Virus record (IMG/VR): IMGVR_UViG_3300030099_008323
Coordinates: 1 to 64,000 of that record
Reading direction: 5' to 3' (one strand)
Length of the DNA: 64,000 nt
From: a virus
Positions 42,201 through 49,900 of the stretch are shown here, piece by piece (positions within the stretch are counted from its first letter, which is position 1; each line of letters starts with the position of its first letter). Made by a program: the position numbers and the translations under genes. The notes beneath the pieces were generated by a model, which worked only from the letters and a program-made list of their open reading frames with translations, was not told the DNA's origin and did no database searches.

Positions 42201-42715
42201 GTACCGGTATCAGCAAAATTACCACTAACTTCAATTGTTGTAGAAGTAGCAGTAGCTTTCGTATAAGAGTCCGGGTTTGGCATAACAAAAAGACCATACG
42301 CGCCACCTGCTGAAGCAATGTCGTTTGCTGGTATGTTTGTTGTGCGCCAGCCAGCCTCGGATTTTGTATTTGAACTATAACCCACCTTATTTGTTGGGTG
42401 TTTTCCTAACAATCGGATAACTGTGCAAGGGGAGTTATTTCTCAACCAAGCTTGCGCAGCGTAAGCAGCATAAGTTGGGGCAGTCAGCCCATTAGTTCTC
42501 CAAATTTCACCAGCTGGAGTACCATCTGATGGGTTACCAAATACTTGAACTAATTCCTTGAAAGATTCAACTCTAACAGGCCTGTTCGAAGGTCCTTTAT
42601 TGAAACGCCCGACAATTACAGGCCCCATTCTCTCAGGTAAAACTGGCACCTGGGATTCATCAATCTCATCGATGAAAATACCAGGAGAAACAAATTTAAA
42701 TTTATCAACCGACAT
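39251..42715 (-). CDS. gp18: tail sheath protein (gp18-like) with large insertions
   Basis: FVSPGIFIDEID, WFAPAGFTRG, NINPIASFPAEGVVIFGQKTLQ, RINVRRLLI, KPARAIEFIALDF. Confidence 0.97.
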   Translation of the reverse strand: MSVDKFKFVSPGIFIDEIDESQVPVLPERMGPVIVGRFNKGPSNRPVRVESFKELVQVFGNPSDGTPAGEIWRTNGLTAPTYAAYAAQAWLRNNSPCTVIRLLGKHPTNKVGYSSNTKSEAGWRTTNIPANDIASAGGAYGLFVMPNPDSYTKATATSTTIEVSGNFADTGTYVNLSGSALDGEYLMITVPKSIGSAASASGIKLLVTGSLTGSGGVTTVAANTIHVSGASNLDLRKAIVHAINGYPDQDSGLIEGLSAVRAGIKYGAGATNGVPGVTASLASGLTVTTQAETAGPLGNNIKLSSSIAHLSTSTLKTTATKTSFLAGGANHEVTGTLAAIWYVNDGAVLLEGTDRAGTTTSGSAVTIKSTNQRFTAKIVKDGTSTSNVVKSATFNFDRDSDLYIRKVFNTNPTKTNGDLFAAADVEHYWLGETFDTNVQKNLAVTGSKVSSTGDFLGVILGLDGISNQADFDWWNRLQNNQAATTGWFFSQDTRGTTTASFDPTAHTERLFKFHALDSGEAGSRDIKISLMDIKAPSDNFNTYGSFTVLVRRATDNDNNMEILERFSGVNLDPKSANYIRRVIGDVKFTFDAATNVLKQEGLYENQSKYVRVEVTDLVELREAEGLHPYGVYGPAVAKTFRLLSGSAAAGLTDDSGAAVKDYVIGGGSTYPSASLAASHVVASDGLVHHGAALPSLATSASIEFPVTRMRVSSSEGGLIKGTQAFFGYQSNIEGTKRFDHTNLDLLRGAPASFNGTGAGEKISDFSQYQYSWVFTLDDVRVDPADSNHAVHTSGSRASGTSLSAQNGSSSPLDLNYNRFTTPLVGGFDGFDITEKNPLRNTFLENGAETTNYAYHTIKKAIDMISDNEFIEFDLATIPGLTNGALCNHLVDTCETRGDALAIIDLKGDFQPAEEDKTAESARIGTVSSAVSNLKGLNLNSSYGAAFYPFVQIRDLINDSILFVPPSVVALGTMSSAQRRSAVWFAPAGFTRGGLSEGSAGIPVLNVRQRLTSDDRDKLYDANINPIASFPAEGVVIFGQKTLQVTPSALDRINVRRLLIHVKKEVSRIASRVLFDQNVQSTWDRFVGQVKPFLDGVKSGLGLTDFRVVLDETTTTEDLIDRNILYAKIFLKPARAIEFIALDFIITRSGASFDD

Positions 42716-42769
42716 GTTATATGCTCCTTAAATACAAATAGTCCAAATTATACAGAACTTTTCCTTTAA

Positions 42770-42777
42770 TAAATAGT
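42770..42777 (-). promoter_or_regulatory. candidate late-promoter motif ACTATTTA
   Basis: Intergenic, upstream of sheath; near-copy ACTATTTG at 42735-42742. Confidence 0.65.
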
Positions 42778-42797
42778 CTTGCATCGCTTGAAAGTAC

Positions 42798-43661
42798 TTA
42801 AAATCTAAAATCTCCATCGTTGTCTGGGTCCATGATAACTCTTTCTCTGGCAAATCTTATCTGTACAGCATTTTCACGGCGTACAACGCGCGGTTGAGTT
42901 TGATTTTTTCCATCGCCAATTAAATACCCAATAACCTCAATTGGAACTGTAGCTTCGTACTTTCTTTCATTTGACTCATAGTTCACGATCGTATTTTTGA
43001 CGCCAAAGTCGGCGCCGATAAAGCCCTCATACTGATTGTGATTGTGCGTCAATATTACTCTGTGGTGTGCATTAGAAACTCTTGCGAATGGTGTAAGCAT
43101 ATCATTCATTTGCTCTTGATACTCTGCTTTTAGATGTATTTTATAATTTATATCAACATATATTGGGAGAGGAATTGTTATTGTCTCATACACAATTTTT
43201 TTATTTTTATCTCCGTGCCTGTATAGAGGCGCATGAAGCTGCTTTTTGCGACGATAAGCATCAGCATTTGCAAAATTACTAGTTTTGTCTTGCTTTATTA
43301 CTTTATTTATTGTTATAGCGCCGCCTTTTATATCACCTCTTGGGTCTACCATTGCATAAGGCAGCGTGCGTTTATTAATTGTTTTTTTTACTGTTTCGCG
43401 CTCTACAACTATTATTGGATATTTTACCATACCCATGTTATCTCTTTCTATTGTTTCGTTTTTTGCGCTAAAAGCTCTCTCGGCGCCTGCCCAAACTACA
43501 GGCACCTTTTTAAAGCCCTCATTTGAACTGGAAAATATATCCAATCTGTCATTAACAAAATTATACACAGAAAAATCAATATCCTCAAGCTCAGATTTAT
43601 AAATAATTACATCTCTGGAGGTGTGCTCTTCATTTTTTGGATTATCACTATGTGCCATCAA
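42798..43661 (-). CDS. tail completion / sheath stabiliser (gp15-like)
   Basis: LEDIDFSV, KKVPVVWAGAER, PLPIYVDINYKI; position after the neck genes. Confidence 0.65.
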   Translation of the reverse strand: MMAHSDNPKNEEHTSRDVIIYKSELEDIDFSVYNFVNDRLDIFSSSNEGFKKVPVVWAGAERAFSAKNETIERDNMGMVKYPIIVVERETVKKTINKRTLPYAMVDPRGDIKGGAITINKVIKQDKTSNFANADAYRRKKQLHAPLYRHGDKNKKIVYETITIPLPIYVDINYKIHLKAEYQEQMNDMLTPFARVSNAHHRVILTHNHNQYEGFIGADFGVKNTIVNYESNERKYEATVPIEVIGYLIGDGKNQTQPRVVRRENAVQIRFARERVIMDPDNDGDFRF

Positions 43662-44142
43662 ATATACCTCTTCTAGCCTGCAAACACTCAGCTACAATTT
43701 CAATTCTGCGATCAGCTTGGCCAAAAAGCTCTTTTGGCTGTGTTAGTTTAACTATCTCATAAAAATTTTCGCCATAAGATATAAAATCCCCTTCTCTCAC
43801 AAACAAATCTTGATCTTCAGTTAGCCTTTTTTTGTGAAAATGAGCCTGCAGCTTAGTCACTTTATCGATGCCATAAGCATCTGTTCTTGTTTCCTCACCT
43901 TTAAAATCAATCAAGGCATATACTCTTATAGGAGGTAAAAAAGACTTAACAATCGCCTCATTATATAGAGGGTGAAAATTTGTTCTCTCCAGATCGATTG
44001 GATAGTATGCAATTACTTGACCAATAACCCTCTCAATCAATTCATCGTTGACCTGCTTTACTAAATCTCTCTCTTTCTCACCAAGAAACAGTGGTGGAGG
44101 AGGATTACTAGGTTGCGACCATTTATCTTTTTCATTAGCCAT
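43648..44142 (-). CDS. neck protein (gp14-like)
   Basis: VNDELIERVIGQ, HPLYNEA, DLFVREGDFISYG. Confidence 0.75.
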   Translation of the reverse strand: MANEKDKWSQPSNPPPPLFLGEKERDLVKQVNDELIERVIGQVIAYYPIDLERTNFHPLYNEAIVKSFLPPIRVYALIDFKGEETRTDAYGIDKVTKLQAHFHKKRLTEDQDLFVREGDFISYGENFYEIVKLTQPKELFGQADRRIEIVAECLQARRGIFDGT

Positions 44143-44148
44143 TTAATA

Positions 44149-45438
44149 TTATCCTTGATAAATAAAGTAAGGGTATGTATTGGCCATTTCTTGAACTGTT
44201 TTGGCCATGCTGGTCTGCATTTCAGTAATTTTTTGATAAGTTAGCTCATCTAATACTTTCTGCAACTCCTCTCTAAGCATTTTTTGCTCTTCTCGCGCTT
44301 CTGTTATTAATTTGTCTCCATTTAAATTAACATTGTTCCCTGGGATTGGTATCGCACCAAATTTAGATCTAATCTGGCCTAGCATTTCTTTTGATATTGA
44401 CAATGCAAACCTTCGAATCCACTGTTTTCCAACCGAATTGATATTCTTAAAGGGAATATTTGCTAAAGGCAGTGTGTTCATGTTATTGACACCAGATACT
44501 CCAGAGTCTCTGTCAGTTTGATCTTCCCAAGGATCTTCATCGATTGTAAACTCAAACCAGTATTTATCAGGAGATACGCTGGTCGGCATAGGAAAAATCT
44601 TAAGATTGTTATTCTTAATTTCATAAGAATAATGAGAATTTCTAGTATATATGGCATCCTCATATGCCATGGCTTGAAGCTTGTTGTGCCATGGTGGAAT
44701 TAGCTCGTATGTGGAATCATCTGCATACATGCCGTAAGTTGATAAATTACCAACGGTGTTCATGCCGCCATAATATCCATAAAAACGCCACATTGCATGT
44801 GGTGTTTTATAGTATACTCTTCGAATTAGAATTCTCTTATTACCAACTTTGTTGTAAAAGCTTACATCACTGTCATTTGCAGATTGTGAAACAATTGCCT
44901 GCAAATCATAAGTTTGCTTTGAAGAAGACACAGTAAAAGAAGCAGAATATATGGGAGTTGTTCCGCCTAGGCCTATTTCAGTGACTGTGTTGTCCATTAT
45001 CCTTTTGGCATAACCAAATTTAAATTTTGGATACTTTGTCTCTACACTGCTTCCACTCAACAAATCAGTTCTCTGGCCATCAGAATCAAATGTACCTGTT
45101 GTAGATCCTAGAGAACTATGTAAGACATTCTTAGATTGGTGGACATTAATTATATACGAATATTCTAATACTGCCTCTTCGTAAGAAGCGTATATATTGC
45201 CAACTGTCAGCTCAATATCTAGAACGTCACCTCCAAGCTTCTTAAAGGTATAAGAAACTTGATCTGCGGCTCCAGTTACAAAGTTATTATCATAGAGGGT
45301 GTCACCGGTTGTTACATAAAGCCCAAAAGGGTAAAGTCCAGTGTTGCCGGCTCCGTCAGTTCCAGTGCCTAGCGTGCCTGTTGAAGGCAGTCTAACCGAT
45401 GATATCTGTGAGCCGGGTGTTAAAGTGGGTGTCGCCAT
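44149..45438 (-). CDS. gp13: neck protein (gp13-like)
   Basis: KLGGDVLDIELT, KQWIRRFAL..KEMLGQIRSKF..IPIPG..LNGD..EAREEQ. Confidence 0.85.
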   Translation of the reverse strand: MATPTLTPGSQISSVRLPSTGTLGTGTDGAGNTGLYPFGLYVTTGDTLYDNNFVTGAADQVSYTFKKLGGDVLDIELTVGNIYASYEEAVLEYSYIINVHQSKNVLHSSLGSTTGTFDSDGQRTDLLSGSSVETKYPKFKFGYAKRIMDNTVTEIGLGGTTPIYSASFTVSSSKQTYDLQAIVSQSANDSDVSFYNKVGNKRILIRRVYYKTPHAMWRFYGYYGGMNTVGNLSTYGMYADDSTYELIPPWHNKLQAMAYEDAIYTRNSHYSYEIKNNNLKIFPMPTSVSPDKYWFEFTIDEDPWEDQTDRDSGVSGVNNMNTLPLANIPFKNINSVGKQWIRRFALSISKEMLGQIRSKFGAIPIPGNNVNLNGDKLITEAREEQKMLREELQKVLDELTYQKITEMQTSMAKTVQEMANTYPYFIYQG

Positions 45439-45461
45439 TCATATGATCTCCTATCACAGTA

Positions 45462-45469
45462 TAATTAGT
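45462..45469 (-). promoter_or_regulatory. candidate late-promoter variant ACTAATTA
   Basis: Intergenic, upstream of the gp13-like gene. Confidence 0.5.
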
Positions 45470-45487
45470 TGTGAAACAATGAATTAG

Positions 45488-45808
45488 CTACTTCTTATTG
45501 GCATTGGCTTCACGCGCTTCTCTTTTGGTCTTAACCAGCTCTCTTACACGAATTGAAACTTCTCTAGCATTTCTGATTTTGTCTAGAGGTGTTTGAAAGT
45601 CAATATTCTTTTTGGTTACAGTATCTTCAACCTCATGGTTGGCAATTGCTATGGTAGCATCTAAAATAGAGTTTTTTGCCTCTTCAAGTTGTTGCTTATC
45701 TTGCTCAGAGAACTTTTCTTTTTTTTTGGCTGAGCCTATGAAAGATTGTAACTTTTGAAATTGCTGTGCCAACATATGATATTTTCCGTTTTTTATATCT
45801 TCTGACAT
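45488..45808 (-). CDS. hypothetical helical protein
   Basis: 106-aa ORF; TAATG overlap with upstream gene. Confidence 0.7.
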   Translation of the reverse strand: MSEDIKNGKYHMLAQQFQKLQSFIGSAKKKEKFSEQDKQQLEEAKNSILDATIAIANHEVEDTVTKKNIDFQTPLDKIRNAREVSIRVRELVKTKREAREANANKK

Positions 45809-46206
45809 TATTTCACTTTTTTAGAAGTTGATTTTTTAGTTCTACTAGATGCAGGCGCTTTTCTAGCCGGAGCCTTCTTTACTGCTTTAGGCTTCTTAAG
45901 AGTTGCCTTGGGGCTGGCTGCTTTAGGCGCTTCGACCACCACAGGATCCGGAACGCTCTCTACTTCTACTTTTTCCTCTTCAACGACAGGAGTAGTGCTT
46001 ACAGTTTTTTCTTGTAAAGCCTCAACTGCAATTGCTTCAACAACTTCTTTCTTTGCTACTTCTATTTCTTGCTGCTCTTGTTCTGTCACAACACCATCTG
46101 CTACTGCATCCTCAACAACACCTCTTAGGCGATTGTAGGTTTCTCTAACAGAAGCATATTTTTTAGCGTATTTTGGACTGTGTAGTCTTCTCTTCCTTTT
46201 ACCCAT
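45808..46206 (-). CDS. protein with basic ends and Lys/Ala/Pro-rich (histone H1-like) tail
   Basis: KAASPKATLKKPKAVKKAPARKAPASSRTKKSTSKKVK. Confidence 0.7.
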   Translation of the reverse strand: MGKRKRRLHSPKYAKKYASVRETYNRLRGVVEDAVADGVVTEQEQQEIEVAKKEVVEAIAVEALQEKTVSTTPVVEEEKVEVESVPDPVVVEAPKAASPKATLKKPKAVKKAPARKAPASSRTKKSTSKKVK

Positions 46207-46230
46207 AGTATAACTCCCAAGTTACTAATA

Positions 46231-46238
46231 TAAATAGT
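46231..46238 (-). promoter_or_regulatory. candidate late-promoter motif ACTATTTA
   Basis: Immediately after the terminator, upstream of 46206. Confidence 0.65.
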
Positions 46239-46250
46239 ATATAAAATAAA

Positions 46251-46277
46251 AAGCCCTTTGTTAAGAACAAAGGGCTT
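46251..46277 (-). terminator. intrinsic terminator
   Basis: Perfect 12-bp inverted repeat AAGCCCTTTGTT/AACAAAGGGCTT plus T-rich tail. Confidence 0.85.
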
Positions 46278-46304
46278 AGTATTGATAAGGCTGTTTATCT
46301 TCTA

Positions 46305-46736
46305 TTAAGAAATGGCCATGCAGCCGTCAAGCTTGGTTTGTCCGTGAAAATAAAACTTTGATCCGTCACAAATAAACTCAACGAAGTCTCCAACCGTATC
46401 TGCAGCGTTTGCTATAGTTATTTGAGTTGCGCCTGTTGTACTTGGGCCGTCGTCGTCGGTGTCTACTTCAAGCTCATTAATTCCACCAACAAGCACATCA
46501 GTGTCTACGGATGTCTTTTCTGTAATAACAAGTGTGTTAGAGGCAACGTTGGTGCCGATGACAAATCTCACCCACCAACCGTTGCCAGCCTCTGCAACTG
46601 ATGGTAAGGTAACCGTGCACCCAGCAGCGGCGTTGAGCATCATCAAAGTACCACAATCGTGCACCTCTAGTTGTTTCGAAGCAGTAATCGATTCAACTTT
46701 TTTTCTATCTGCGCTATATCTTCCTAATTTAGCCAT
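46305..46736 (-). CDS. putative capsid decoration protein
   Basis: Directly after MCP; beta-rich DCGTLMMLNAAAGCTVTLP motif. Confidence 0.5.
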   Translation of the reverse strand: MAKLGRYSADRKKVESITASKQLEVHDCGTLMMLNAAAGCTVTLPSVAEAGNGWWVRFVIGTNVASNTLVITEKTSVDTDVLVGGINELEVDTDDDGPSTTGATQITIANAADTVGDFVEFICDGSKFYFHGQTKLDGCMAIS

Positions 46737-46783
46737 GTTCGTTTTCTCCTTTTATAGAAGGCAATGCGCCTTATCAATCATAG

Positions 46784-46791
46784 TAAATAGT
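46784..46791 (-). promoter_or_regulatory. candidate late-promoter motif ACTATTTA
   Basis: After the MCP terminator, upstream of 46736. Confidence 0.65.
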
Positions 46792-46819
46792 TGTATAATA
46801 CTTTAAGTTCCAAATAAAA

Positions 46820-46851
46820 AACCCCGCCAAGAGAAAACTCAAGGCGGGGTT
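46820..46851 (-). terminator. intrinsic terminator after MCP
   Basis: AACCCCGCC...GGCGGGGTT stem followed by TTTTATTT. Confidence 0.9.
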
Positions 46852-46870
46852 AGTTTAGCTAGCTTTTATC

Positions 46871-48727
46871 TTAGCTTGCGCCAGCTTCGCCAAGGAGGCC
46901 GCGACATACGACAAGACCGTACATATCAGGACGGACCATCTTCTTAGCGTAACGGGTCATGACACCCTTACGTGGCACGAAGTCTTCCGTACCAAAGATG
47001 GTAGGAGTGACCTGTAGCGGGACGTAAGGAGCGTAAACAAATCCGCTCTCCAAGAAGCTTCCACCTTTACGACCAACGAGAATAAGATTTCTCATGAAAT
47101 AAGGATCAACATAAACATCGAACTTCTTCGAAATCGATCCAACATTCACAGCACCAACAGTGCCACGATCTGCATCGGCGGTGACGCTAGCACGGAAACC
47201 AGCAGTAAACTCAAGGATATTAGCAACTTCAGGTGATGTCACCAAGAAGTTAGCTCCACCACGAAGAGTCTTTCTGTGGATCTGGGCTGAAACGTCATTA
47301 ATGGTCTCAATAAGAGTCTCGTACCACTCGCTAACCGTACCAGTGAAGTCAGGAGCAGCTGCCGTAGCACCAAGCTCTGCACCGGTTAGGCGGTTAACAA
47401 ATAGACCAGGTGAGCGTGACCAGTAGTAAGTACCAGCGGTTGCACCCTGAACGAGATCATTGAGAATCTCACGATCGATCTCTAAAGCAATCTGCTCAGA
47501 GAGGATCTGGGTAAGCTCAACCTCAGCGTCGAGATTGTGGTAAGCATTGAGGTCCTGACCAAGTTCAGGAGTCCACTTTGCCTTGAGCTTTTTGGTGACA
47601 GCGGTAACAGCGATGCTGTCAACCTTGATGTCAATCTCAGGGATATCATCGTTAACATTCACGCCATTGAACAATGAACTATTGCCTTCTCCGGCACCTT
47701 CAAGTCCCCAGTGAGCCGTACCAACAACGGCGCCGAGTGCGTCGCCTTTTGCAAACGCATCAGCTAGTGGGTAAGACAAGTGACAGTCAACTGCAGCAAC
47801 GTCTGCGCTAGAATCAAACGCGTTATCACCATGAAGGGTAAAGAGAATTCTCTTTGTACCATCAGAGGAAATGTGAGTTCTAGTAAGACGACGAACAATG
47901 CGAGCGTCCTCATTGCCCTGCTGACCAAATGCTGTACCATCAGAACCTGAAGGAGTCAAATTAAGAGCGATTGGGTTGTTGTGGTTGATTGAATTCCAGA
48001 CAGCGTCTGTAACTGTAACCATAACCTGAGCAACTTTGTCAGTGCCCTCAGCGGCGAGAAGATCAGGATCGTAACGAAGCTGCTTCTTCTGTGCCTCAGA
48101 GAGCGCATTAATGTTGGTCTCAGTTTGGAGATCAGCAGTAATATCGCCATATCCCGCTGCGGCTGTTGTAGCATCTGCAACAAGAACAGCTGAATTAGCA
48201 ATGATAATAGAACCAGTCGGTGATGCATAGCCGTTATTTAAGTTGTAGAAACTCTTATCAGCATTGTCACCATCATAAAGGAGGTTGCCGTCTCTCGCCT
48301 CTTGGCTAAGATCGACACCACCAGTAAGCTGGCTACCAACAACTCCACCACCGTACAAGGACTGATCTGCACGTGCATTAGTTCTAGTATCAGTGAAAGT
48401 GAAGTCCATGAAGAAAATGAGGCCGGAGGGCAAGCTCATTGGCTGCACGGAAACAAGCTCGTTGGCCAAAAGACCACCGAACACACGACGAACGATTGGG
48501 AATGCAACAGATGCAAAACCTTCAACGTCGCCACCAGCCATCGAGGAAGCCTCTTTAAGAAGCTGCGCGGCTTGGTTTTCTAATAGACGGGCCATGCCCT
48601 GTCTCTTGCTATCGTTTTCGATACCCTCAAGAAGTCCAGTGCGCTCCCACTTTTCTAGCAAAGCAGCACCCTCTTTCTGTAGGCTTCTCTCAACGATGCC
48701 TTCAGTTAATTTTTTTAAAACAGACAT
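46871..48727 (-). CDS. gp23: major capsid protein (T4 gp23-like) with enlarged insertion domain
   Basis: VQPMSLPSGLIF, KKLKAKWTPELGQDL, EIDREIL, YAPYVPL, KGVMTRYA. Confidence 0.97.
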   Translation of the reverse strand: MSVLKKLTEGIVERSLQKEGAALLEKWERTGLLEGIENDSKRQGMARLLENQAAQLLKEASSMAGGDVEGFASVAFPIVRRVFGGLLANELVSVQPMSLPSGLIFFMDFTFTDTRTNARADQSLYGGGVVGSQLTGGVDLSQEARDGNLLYDGDNADKSFYNLNNGYASPTGSIIIANSAVLVADATTAAAGYGDITADLQTETNINALSEAQKKQLRYDPDLLAAEGTDKVAQVMVTVTDAVWNSINHNNPIALNLTPSGSDGTAFGQQGNEDARIVRRLTRTHISSDGTKRILFTLHGDNAFDSSADVAAVDCHLSYPLADAFAKGDALGAVVGTAHWGLEGAGEGNSSLFNGVNVNDDIPEIDIKVDSIAVTAVTKKLKAKWTPELGQDLNAYHNLDAEVELTQILSEQIALEIDREILNDLVQGATAGTYYWSRSPGLFVNRLTGAELGATAAAPDFTGTVSEWYETLIETINDVSAQIHRKTLRGGANFLVTSPEVANILEFTAGFRASVTADADRGTVGAVNVGSISKKFDVYVDPYFMRNLILVGRKGGSFLESGFVYAPYVPLQVTPTIFGTEDFVPRKGVMTRYAKKMVRPDMYGLVVCRGLLGEAGAS

Positions 48728-48746
48728 TTTGAAATCTCCTATAATA

Positions 48747-49823
48747 TTAGTTTTTGTCTATTCCAGCAAGGAATTTCCAACGATTATACGTTGGGTTATC
48801 TTTTTGTCTACTGGCTCTCTCTCTGCCAGCCGACAATATCATTGAAGATTGCTTTTGTACTGCTTCGCCTAGTGATTTTGGCCGCGATTTGCGAGAGGTG
48901 CTGCCCACAGTGCCTTGAAGTGTATCAAAAATTACTTTTGCTTCTTCAACAGTTTCAGCGTTTGTAACAGCTTCGACAAGTTTTTGTTTTTGCCGCTCAT
49001 TTAAGGAGTCGCTGTTAAGCGCTTTGTTTTGATATAATAACTTTGCTTTTGATAAGTTTGTTGTCTCTAGTTTTTCTTTTAACAACATTGTCACTTCTTT
49101 AAGCTTTTCAATTTGCAAAGTTTTTTGCTCTAGCAAGTTTGTTAAATCATTATTTTTCTTACTTAAGCTTTCGTTAGTTATTTTCATTTTTGCAGCTGCA
49201 TCTCTCATGGCAGCGCGCTCTTCGCGAACTTTCGAATCTTGTTCTAGTGCCAGCAATTCTTCCTCAGCTAACTCTAAAACAGAAGCCGGTGTGCGCATCC
49301 AGCCAGTTTTTTGTGGCTTCATGTCAACAATAAGCTCCTCAACAATTTCTTGCAGGTCGCCCTCTTCTAATTCGATGCCCTCTTCTTCTAAGTCTTCGTC
49401 TAGACTCTCTTCTTCTAATTCGATACCCTCTTGCTCTAAATCTTCGTCTAGGTTCTCTTCTTCTAAAGCATCTTCTTCGTTTAGCAAGCTTCTTTTTAAA
49501 GCATCTATTTCCTCTGTTAACTTGTCTAAAGGAATTTCTACCACATCATCAGATTCTAAAGTGGCGGCTACTGGAATATGGGCTAAAACTGAAGATTCTT
49601 CAAAATTTGAGCCGCCGGCTTGCTCTTCCTGGTTAAACGGATCTTCCATGTCTCCCAAACCAGGTATTTCGAGAGATGGAGTTTCTTCTTGCTCTAAAAG
49701 ACTTTCTACGGCTTCTTTAATTTGACCTGAAAATTTTTCCAATACTAAGGTCTCTGCATTTTTCACTGCAGCTGTTCTTAAGGCCTGAGCGTCAATTATC
49801 GCTTTTTCTAACATTTCAGACAT
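48747..49823 (-). CDS. prohead core scaffold protein (gp22-like)
   Basis: Acidic coiled coil directly upstream of MCP; NLSKAKLLYQNK, EEAKVIFDTL. Confidence 0.8.
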   Translation of the reverse strand: MSEMLEKAIIDAQALRTAAVKNAETLVLEKFSGQIKEAVESLLEQEETPSLEIPGLGDMEDPFNQEEQAGGSNFEESSVLAHIPVAATLESDDVVEIPLDKLTEEIDALKRSLLNEEDALEEENLDEDLEQEGIELEEESLDEDLEEEGIELEEGDLQEIVEELIVDMKPQKTGWMRTPASVLELAEEELLALEQDSKVREERAAMRDAAAKMKITNESLSKKNNDLTNLLEQKTLQIEKLKEVTMLLKEKLETTNLSKAKLLYQNKALNSDSLNERQKQKLVEAVTNAETVEEAKVIFDTLQGTVGSTSRKSRPKSLGEAVQKQSSMILSAGRERASRQKDNPTYNRWKFLAGIDKN

Positions 49824-49852
49824 AGAGATGCTCCTGAGGGTTTATATCATAA

Positions 49853-49860
49853 TAAGTAGT
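49853..49860 (-). promoter_or_regulatory. candidate late-promoter variant ACTACTTA
   Basis: Intergenic, upstream of the scaffold/MCP operon. Confidence 0.6.
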
Positions 49861-49900
49861 CGTAAAATATAGAAAATTCCTTTCAAATATTATCAGAGCT

